A stretch of 64,000 nucleotides of DNA from an uncultured Eubacteriales bacterium (GTDB lineage: Bacteria > Bacillota > Clostridia > Christensenellales > CAG-917), in the NCBI GenBank assembly GCA_900547975.1, contig URIX01000001.1, forward strand, positions 16,291 to 80,290. Reading direction: 5' to 3'. Shown here one piece after another: positions 57,660 to 64,000 of the stretch. The notes beneath the pieces are model-generated. The model was not told where the DNA came from, ran no database searches, and worked only from the letters and a program-made list of their open reading frames with translations. Positions within the stretch are counted from its first letter, which is position 1. The number at the start of each line of letters is the position of its first letter. The translations under genes were made by a program, and so were the position numbers.

Positions 57660-58271
57660 ATGCAAGTAAAAAACAAAGAAACGATAGATAAGATTTTGAA
57701 CATACTCAACGAGAGTTTGCGTGAGAACAACGGCACTCCGTCTATATACGAAATTGCCGACGCGATAAACGTAAATCCGTCCACGGTCAGCAGATATATC
57801 AACTATTTGGTGTCTGAAGGCATAATCGAGAGAAAAGGCAAGCATTGCAATCTCACCACATCGAAGTTTGCCAAAACGATGTCCAACGTAACGGCTTGCC
57901 CGATTGTCGGCGACATTGCTTGCGGCTCTCCGATACTTGCGGAAGAAAACATAGAATCGTATGTATCAATCTCTACCGAGTTCTTCGGTCCCGGAGAGTA
58001 CTTCATACTGAAAGCGAAAGGCGAAAGTATGATAAACGCAGGCGTAAACGACGGAGATTTGGTTGTTATACGAAAGCAAGATACTGCAAGCGAAGGACAA
58101 ATAGTGGTTGCACTCACGGATGACGGAGAGGCTACGTTAAAGCGATATTTTTTGGATAAAAAGCACAAACTAATAAGACTGCATCCCGAAAACGATGCAC
58201 TTCAAGATATGTTCTATAAGAACATTCAAATTCAAGGCATAGCCGTAAAAGTAATAAAGGACTTGTTATAA
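57660..58271 (+). CDS. LexA-like S24 autopeptidase repressor (element-encoded)
   Basis: N-terminal wHTH. Cleavage region PIVGDIACGSPI. Ser motif GESMINAG. Lys motif EATLKRY. Confidence 0.85.
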   Translation: MQVKNKETIDKILNILNESLRENNGTPSIYEIADAINVNPSTVSRYINYLVSEGIIERKGKHCNLTTSKFAKTMSNVTACPIVGDIACGSPILAEENIESYVSISTEFFGPGEYFILKAKGESMINAGVNDGDLVVIRKQDTASEGQIVVALTDDGEATLKRYFLDKKHKLIRLHPENDALQDMFYKNIQIQGIAVKVIKDLL

Positions 58272-58280
58272 AGGAGCAAT

Positions 58281-59543
58281 ATGGAAAAACAACGGACTTA
58301 TCTTTGCATAGATATGAAATCTTTCTTCGCATCGGTTGAATGTGCGGAACGTGGGTTAAGTCCGTTTGAAACAAACCTTGTCGTTGCAGACGAATCTCGC
58401 GGAAAAGGTGCTATAACTTTGGCAATTACTCCAAAGATGAAAGCGCTCGGAGTCAGAAATCGTTGCAGGCTGTTTGAAATACCTAAAAACATCGATTATA
58501 TTATTGCTCTTCCGCACATGAGTTTGTATATCAAATACTGTGCAGACATTTTTGATATATATCTCGATTATTTCTCGCCGGAGGATATACATCAATACTC
58601 AATCGACGAGGCTTTTATAAATGTTACGGACTACTTGTCTATTTACAAACTCGAACCAAAGCAACTTGCAAAGAAAATCATAAACGAGATAGCCGAGCGC
58701 ACGCATATTCCTGCGACTTGCGGTATAGGCACGAACCTGTATCTTGCAAAGATTGCACTCGACATCACGGCAAAACATTGCAAAGACCATATTGGAATGC
58801 TTGACGAGCAAACATTCAAAGAAACTTTGTGGGAGCATAGACCGATAACCGACTTTTGGAATATCGCAAACGGTATTGCCACAAGGCTCGCCCGATATGG
58901 AATTCATGATATGAAAGGCGTAGCAACAGCCCCGGAAGATCTCCTTTATAGGAATTTCGGTAAGAACGCTAAATTGCTAATCGACCACGCAAACGGCAAG
59001 GAAAGTTGTACGATTGCGGACATCAAGAACTACAAGGGTAAGTCAAAGTCTATCTCAAATTCTCAAATCTTGTTCAGCGACTACGCATACGATAAAGCAC
59101 ATATCGTCATACAAGAGATGGCTTTGAGTGGTTGTCAGCGACTTCTAAAAGAACATTTGATTGCAAGCCACGTCGGTGTTTCCGTCGGATATTCAAAAGA
59201 TGCTGCTCCGGCTACGGGCGGAACGCTCAAAATGGCTAACAGCACCAATCTCTATTCAATGGTTAAGGAATACGTTGATAGAATTTTTGAAGATACCACA
59301 CATCAAGAAGTTCCTATCCGCAGACTTGCTATATGTTTTAGCGGACTCGTGGACGAATCTGCCGAGGGCTATGATTTGTTTACGGATTTGGACGCGTTGC
59401 AAAAAGAGCGCAATGTCGAAAAAGCGGTGTTGGAAATCAAAGAAAAGTTTGGCAAGAATGCAATGTTGCGAGGTTTCGACTTGCAAGAGGGCGCAACGCA
59501 AAAAGAACGCAACAAACTGATTGGAGGACACAATGGCGGTTAA
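58281..59543 (+). CDS. Y-family translesion DNA polymerase (UmuC/UvrX/DinB-like)
   Basis: YLCIDMKSFFASVE, SIDEAFINVTDY. Confidence 0.9.
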   Translation: MEKQRTYLCIDMKSFFASVECAERGLSPFETNLVVADESRGKGAITLAITPKMKALGVRNRCRLFEIPKNIDYIIALPHMSLYIKYCADIFDIYLDYFSPEDIHQYSIDEAFINVTDYLSIYKLEPKQLAKKIINEIAERTHIPATCGIGTNLYLAKIALDITAKHCKDHIGMLDEQTFKETLWEHRPITDFWNIANGIATRLARYGIHDMKGVATAPEDLLYRNFGKNAKLLIDHANGKESCTIADIKNYKGKSKSISNSQILFSDYAYDKAHIVIQEMALSGCQRLLKEHLIASHVGVSVGYSKDAAPATGGTLKMANSTNLYSMVKEYVDRIFEDTTHQEVPIRRLAICFSGLVDESAEGYDLFTDLDALQKERNVEKAVLEIKEKFGKNAMLRGFDLQEGATQKERNKLIGGHNGG

Positions 59544-59868
59544 AAACAATGACGATGTAAATCGTGCGGCTCAGTTTCTTCCATTCGATGCACTAAAAGG
59601 CTTGTCCGAAGAATTGCAAAGCAGAATCGAAAAGCGAACGCGCGTTCCTAAACACGAATTTTCCGACGAAAAGAAAGAAGAATTGTCCAAAACCCTTGTG
59701 AGAGTGGACAAAGGAACGGTTGTGAGAATCAATTTCTATCTCAACGGACATTACATTGATATAGAAGGAACGGTTGCAAAAAACAACGTGGTCTATCATT
59801 ATTTGACGATAGGTCAAAAGAAGATATTTTATGACGATATCTACCAAATCGATATAGTTTCCGAATAA
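59533..59868 (+). CDS. YolD-like protein (accessory partner of UvrX-type polymerases)
   Basis: FLPFDALKGL... motif. 11-nt overlap with the polymerase gene. GGAGGA RBS. Confidence 0.65.
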   Translation: MAVKNNDDVNRAAQFLPFDALKGLSEELQSRIEKRTRVPKHEFSDEKKEELSKTLVRVDKGTVVRINFYLNGHYIDIEGTVAKNNVVYHYLTIGQKKIFYDDIYQIDIVSE

Positions 59869-60001
59869 CTGCCCCGGTTTATAAGGAAATTATATATAGA
59901 GTGCGCAAGATAGTTTTACTGCGATGTGGGAGTGCCTAACCCCGTCAATGCAGTGGGCTAAATACAAGTCTATGTGCGCTATGGGCGAAGGAGGTGCTTT
60001 T

Positions 60002-60187
60002 ATGGATAATGCTATTATCACGCAAGACGCTATTTCGATACGAAAACTGTGTCCCGAATGCAGGAAGTATTTTGTAGCGAGTGTTAAAAGTAACGGCGAA
60101 ATCGTGGGGAGATGCTCACATTGTCACGCTAAGTACTTTGAGCAGAAAAAGAACAACATGCGACTTATCAAAGTTGTGCAAAGATAA
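60002..60187 (+). CDS. Small zinc-ribbon protein, 61 aa
   Basis: CPEC...CSHC. AAGGAGGTG RBS. Confidence 0.55.
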   Translation: MDNAIITQDAISIRKLCPECRKYFVASVKSNGEIVGRCSHCHAKYFEQKKNNMRLIKVVQR

Positions 60188-60300
60188 TCACTAAAAAGAA
60201 AAACTACATACGTCTATATAGGCAAATCAAGGTCGGGCTGTGACAGCGCCCAAGATAAATCCTCGTTCCCCGCTTTTATAGATAAGATTCGATAGGAGAC

Positions 60301-60362
60301 AATATCCCCAACCCGAATGCGGCGTGTTGAAAAAGGTCGCAAACCGAGTGGGGATATTTTTA
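60301..60362 (+). terminator. Terminator/attenuator-like hairpin 45 nt upstream of the 60406 gene
   Basis: aatatcccca / tggggatatt 10-bp stem with an inner 6-bp hairpin, followed by ttttt. Confidence 0.45.
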
Positions 60363-60405
60363 TTCTCCGCTACGGGAAAAACTATTTATAAAACTAGGAG
60401 AATAT

Positions 60406-60705
60406 ATGAAAACATTTACAGCAATCAGAGAAGATCTGAAAAATATAAGATATTATTATGCGCGTCGTGACGAAATGGCGCAAAAGGCAAAAATTCTCGG
60501 TGAATGTACTGTGTCAAAAACCGCTGAAGAATATAACGAAGTGGTTTGTCAAGCCCCGCCAAAACTTTACGAATTGTACTATTGTATGTACGTCGAAAAC
60601 AATACACAAGAATCTGCAGCCGACAAATATGGTTATGCAAGAGAACACATCACAAGACTTAACAGGCAATTGTTGGTTTTTATTCAGAGCCATCTTACGG
60701 CATAA
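60406..60705 (+). CDS. Small sigma-70 region-4-like HTH protein (phage/ICE-type transcription factor, tentative)
   Basis: C-terminal TQESAADKYGYAREHITRLNRQ HTH. AGGAG RBS. Confidence 0.5.
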   Translation: MKTFTAIREDLKNIRYYYARRDEMAQKAKILGECTVSKTAEEYNEVVCQAPPKLYELYYCMYVENNTQESAADKYGYAREHITRLNRQLLVFIQSHLTA

Positions 60706-60716
60706 GGAGAATGAAT

Positions 60717-60869
60717 ATGGAAGAATTTATCCCGGATTTTATATTGCAGGCAGACAATGTATATAGAACGAGAAACTATATCGTGAAGCAAAGATTGGAA
60801 TATATCGAAAACACGACGGAAGATAACGTCATAATTAGTTACTTCTACCACGTTTCGTTTCAAATTTAG
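60717..60869 (+). CDS. Small hypothetical protein, 50 aa (below the ORF-track cutoff)
   Basis: AAGGAGA lies 6 nt upstream of the ATG at 60717. My manual translation is MEEFIPDFILQADNVYRTRNYIVKQ... Confidence 0.4.
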   Translation: MEEFIPDFILQADNVYRTRNYIVKQRLEYIENTTEDNVIISYFYHVSFQI

Positions 60870-60929
60870 ACAACGACGAATTGCTTGCGTAAATCGCCAA
60901 AAAAGCGGCAATTTCCCCGTTATTTCGTA

Positions 60930-60980
60930 TAAAAAAGACACGCGCGACGGAGTTTTGTACGCTCCTTTTGCGTGTGTCTT
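60930..60980 (-). terminator. Rho-independent terminator of the esterase/GH operon
   Basis: aagacacacgc/gcgcgtgtctt stem (one mismatch) followed by a T-run on the minus strand. Confidence 0.65.
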
Positions 60981-61001
60981 AATAGCGGACGAAGCAAAGC
61001 T

Positions 61002-61934
61002 TTAAAGTTCCAAAAAGTTTTGTATAAGTGCGTCTGCAAACATATGTCCCAACTCAATCATTGACGACGAATCGTAATGGTATATATCGGGAGCGCCGAG
61101 AGGCTCGGCATTATACCTCAAATTGGCGGCGATAGTGTCCAAATAAACGTGCGCTTCGTCAGATTGCGCAAGACTCTTTTTGGCGTCGTTTACGACTTGA
61201 TAATGAGTCCACGCAACGCAATCGGAGATGCCTGCGTCCACAAAACCTATCTCGGAATCGGTCGGCTTATAAAACGCAAATTCTTTGCGTATATCTTTGA
61301 CGAAGTTGCGCTCCAATTCCTCGTAAGAATTGTAACTAGTTCCGTCGGAGTCCGACTCGCCCTGCATCCAGCATATAGCCTTGACGACGGGATACAAGTC
61401 TTGCTCTTCGAGTTTTTTCAATTGCTCGTTGACGTATTGGACGGCACCCGTATACAATCCTCCCGTGTTTTTGCTTGAAGGAGAGCGCCATTGCGTTGTC
61501 AGGGTCGTTCCGCCGTATGCATATTTAATTACGTATACTCGTTTCGCCAAATCAAGTGCGGAAATCTTTTCCGCAATACCCACTTCGGGCCCGAATTTTG
61601 ACGTGGCGGTCCCTTGTCCCAGTTTTACGGGAACGAATTTTCCGTCGCTGGTATTTGCCGATACGGTGCATGCGTACGAAATGTTTACGTTATCGTATCC
61701 TTTTGCATACTCTGCGGCTTTTTCCTCTCCAACGGTTTTCACAAGATACGAACTGTTGGTATGCCCCTCGGCATTGCTTTGTCCTAAAAGCAACACCACC
61801 TGCACTTCGTTCGAATACTCTTTTGGAGGTTCGTTTTCGTCTATGGGGTGCTGCCCCTTCGAAGAACACGCGCATAACGACAATAAAAACGTTACGCATA
61901 ACAACAGAACGCCTATCGAACTAATCGTTTTCAT
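61002..61934 (-). CDS. SGNH-type sialate O-acetylesterase-family lipoprotein (carbohydrate esterase)
   Basis: Lipobox LSLCAC/SS. Motifs LLGQSNAEGH and WMQGESD. Confidence 0.75.
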   Translation of the reverse strand: MKTISSIGVLLLCVTFLLSLCACSSKGQHPIDENEPPKEYSNEVQVVLLLGQSNAEGHTNSSYLVKTVGEEKAAEYAKGYDNVNISYACTVSANTSDGKFVPVKLGQGTATSKFGPEVGIAEKISALDLAKRVYVIKYAYGGTTLTTQWRSPSSKNTGGLYTGAVQYVNEQLKKLEEQDLYPVVKAICWMQGESDSDGTSYNSYEELERNFVKDIRKEFAFYKPTDSEIGFVDAGISDCVAWTHYQVVNDAKKSLAQSDEAHVYLDTIAANLRYNAEPLGAPDIYHYDSSSMIELGHMFADALIQNFLEL

Positions 61935-62799
61935 ATACTTTCACCTCTCCGTCAATTATTTTTAAGTAGTTAATTATCGCTCTTTCTTTTCCGCAATTGG
62001 AATTGTTGTTGTGATAACAAATGCGATTTGCACCGTCAAAATCCTTGAAAACCATAGCGTGTCCGCAATCTTCCGTCGGCAATTTGAGCAGACTATGGCG
62101 ATATTTCCCCCCTAACATATCGTCGTTTTCGGGATATGCGACGCCTACGGAGTATCTCGGTTTATCGACGTTCGACCAACTTGACCAAAGCATAAACTCA
62201 ACTCCGTCTACATTATAAACGAACGGTGCGTCCACTATATAAATCGCCGTGTTTTTCGTATTCCACGTGGGAGAAACCGCCCAACCGGATTGACTTGCGG
62301 AAAACATTTTTACGGGTCTTCCAACTGCTGCCGATAAATCGTCGGTCAATTTGACGTAACACATTTCTCCGTCATCTATTTGCACCCATTCGTGGGAAAA
62401 AACGGCATACGGAACGGCGTCTTTTACGTACAACGTTGCGTCCAAAGCAAACCATCCCTCAGGGGCAATTGCATCGCTCCACACCTCGAACGGGCCCGCC
62501 GGGCTGTCCGAAACGAGAATTTGACACGTTCTTTTCCTTCCCCCAGTTCCGAACGTCCCGAACAAATAGTATTTTCCATCGTAACGATGCACTTCGGGCG
62601 CCCAGTAATCGTCTTTTGCCCAAAAATTGCTTGCGTCGAACACGACAAAGGGCTCGCTCCAATTCTCTAAATCCTTGGATTTATATGCGCAAAAACCTCT
62701 CCCGAATTGACCGACGCCGGAAGAATACAAGTAGTATTCTCCTTCCTTTTCGTCGGCATATATATACGGGTCGCGAATAGCAATATCACACAGTTTCAT
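61921..62799 (-). CDS. Glycoside hydrolase family 43
   Basis: IRDPYIY, YWAPEV, FVYNVDG. Confidence 0.75.
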   Translation of the reverse strand: MKLCDIAIRDPYIYADEKEGEYYLYSSGVGQFGRGFCAYKSKDLENWSEPFVVFDASNFWAKDDYWAPEVHRYDGKYYLFGTFGTGGRKRTCQILVSDSPAGPFEVWSDAIAPEGWFALDATLYVKDAVPYAVFSHEWVQIDDGEMCYVKLTDDLSAAVGRPVKMFSASQSGWAVSPTWNTKNTAIYIVDAPFVYNVDGVEFMLWSSWSNVDKPRYSVGVAYPENDDMLGGKYRHSLLKLPTEDCGHAMVFKDFDGANRICYHNNNSNCGKERAIINYLKIIDGEVKVYEND

Positions 62800-64000
62800 T
62801 CTCGACCTCCTGCAATGTTACGAGATAGGAATCGAATTCGTAAAGATTGTACGAGAGATTTAGCCCTACGTTCATATAATACTCCCCTTTGTGCGCCTTA
62901 TCGTCCAAACTATTGACGTAATAGGCGTCCTCTTTCAGTCCCTGCAATTTTACGAATCTGCGAGCACGCAGTTTTTTCAGTAAATTGACGAATAAGAATA
63001 ATGATTCCGACTTGTCTTTCGACACCATTTGAATGGCAAACGCCTCTTTGTCAAAGGGGGAAATCAATCTATACATATCGCCCTCAAGCACGACGGAATC
63101 GTGATATTTCTTAAAAATCTCATTGACTTTTCGGATTTCAAGAACGTCTTTTTCTGTGAGTTTTCGCGGATCGAGTTCAAAGCCGTACGAGCCGAATAGC
63201 GCGATTTCCGCTTTCGTCTTATAATCCGTGATTTTGCAATCGTTGACGTGGCTGCCCGAAACCGACGGCGGATAACAGAACGACGTTCCGTATTGTATAA
63301 ACAGCCTTTGTACGGGGTCGTTTTCGTCGCTCGTCCATATTTCGGGGAAATAGAACAACGTGCCGAGGTCAAAACGTCCGCCGCCGCTTGCGCAACCTTG
63401 GAAATGCACGTGGTCAAACCTTTCCGTAAGCATCTTGGCAAGGCGATAATAACCGAGCGTGTTGCGATGATAGAATTCGCCTTGATGCGCGCCGTCGAGG
63501 TTTGCTGCGAAACAATCTTCCAATTGGCGATTGTGATCCCATTTTACGTAATCTATCCGATAATTCGACAAAATATCGGCGATTCTTTCATATACCGCGT
63601 CTACCACCTTTTCGTCGGTGAAGTTCAACGCTACCTGATGCCTGGAAAGCCAAAAATTCGTGTTGTAGTCTACGGCGGCATATTGAGGGTGTTCTCTCAA
63701 AAAATCGGAATCCAAATTGCCCATTTCGGGCTCGAACCAAAGTCCGAAAAGCATTCCGTTCTCGTGGCACTCGTCGATTATTCTGCGTAAATCTATTTTT
63801 TTGGAATTGACGAACCAATCCCCGAGCGAACGTTCATCGTCGTCCCTGCTTCCAAACCAACCGTCGTCAAGCACGAACAGACCGACGCCTATTTTCTTTG
63901 CGGAACGAATAAGGTCGAGCACTTTTCCCGTATCAAAATCCATGTAGCACCCTTCCCAAGAGTTTAACAGAATGGAGCGAAACGCCTCGACGTTGTTGTC
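62786..64000 (-). CDS. GH36 alpha-galactosidase, C-terminal ~400 aa; the 5' part lies beyond the right window edge
   Basis: LDDGWFG..RDDD, KWDHNR, CASGGGRFD. The frame stays open upstream of M63943 (..NSWEGCYMDFD). Confidence 0.85.
   Translation of the reverse strand, partial: DNNVEAFRSILLNSWEGCYMDFDTGKVLDLIRSAKKIGVGLFVLDDGWFGSRDDDERSLGDWFVNSKKIDLRRIIDECHENGMLFGLWFEPEMGNLDSDFLREHPQYAAVDYNTNFWLSRHQVALNFTDEKVVDAVYERIADILSNYRIDYVKWDHNRQLEDCFAANLDGAHQGEFYHRNTLGYYRLAKMLTERFDHVHFQGCASGGGRFDLGTLFYFPEIWTSDENDPVQRLFIQYGTSFCYPPSVSGSHVNDCKITDYKTKAEIALFGSYGFELDPRKLTEKDVLEIRKVNEIFKKYHDSVVLEGDMYRLISPFDKEAFAIQMVSKDKSESLFLFVNLLKKLRARRFVKLQGLKEDAYYVNSLDDKAHKGEYYMNVGLNLSYNLYEFDSYLVTLQEVENETV

Larger units (their letters stand above)
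41483..60892. mobile_element. Composite integrative/defence island of about 19 kb. The left border is uncertain (41483-41595). The right border is about 60880-60892.
   Basis: Two large serine recombinases, an HUH Rep, defence genes and an SOS cassette. Composition is visibly AT-richer and long antisense shadow ORFs are lost relative to the flanks. Flanked by a host promoter (left) and a host terminator (right). Confidence 0.5.

Overview
This 64-kb chromosomal window reads like a Gram-positive (Bacillota/Clostridia-like) genome. It has GGAGG-type RBSs, TTGnnn-17-TATAAT promoters and many lipobox (L-x-A-C) signal peptides. It falls into four blocks. (1) 1-24.9 kb is one co-directional minus-strand cluster of 12 genes. 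It holds a Listeria/Bacteroides-repeat lipoprotein, an oversized family-5 solute-binding lipoprotein with an OppB/C/D/F-like ABC transporter, a small TM protein, a 2517-aa S8 subtilase-PA-Big2-LRR surface protein and four further lipoproteins. The last lipoprotein is split from its signal peptide by a G12 homopolymer. (2) 25-41.5 kb carries ordinary genes: a YhhN-like membrane protein, M18 aminopeptidase, rpsI-rplM, GH31, glmS, Sir2 deacylase, aminotransferase, 5'-nucleotidase-like lipoprotein, WYL regulator, ClC channel and a membrane protein. It also contains an unexplained 147-bp tandem repeat. (3) About 41.5-60.9 kb is an AT-richer composite mobile/defence island. Its main content is a translationally coupled 915-aa orphan protein plus a 1626-aa DEAH/DUF1998-type helicase (Druantia type III-like), which is my top candidate for the interesting system. 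The island also carries an AbiEi/AbiEii module, a structured non-coding region, an HUH rolling-circle Rep, two convergent paralogous large serine recombinases and a LexA-like / Y-family polymerase / YolD-like SOS cassette. (4) 61-64 kb encodes an SGNH esterase, GH43 and GH36, the last running off the window. I saw no rRNA, tRNA or CRISPR array. All calls come from reading the sequence and the ORF translations. No searches were run, functional names are motif-based, and composition statements are by eye.
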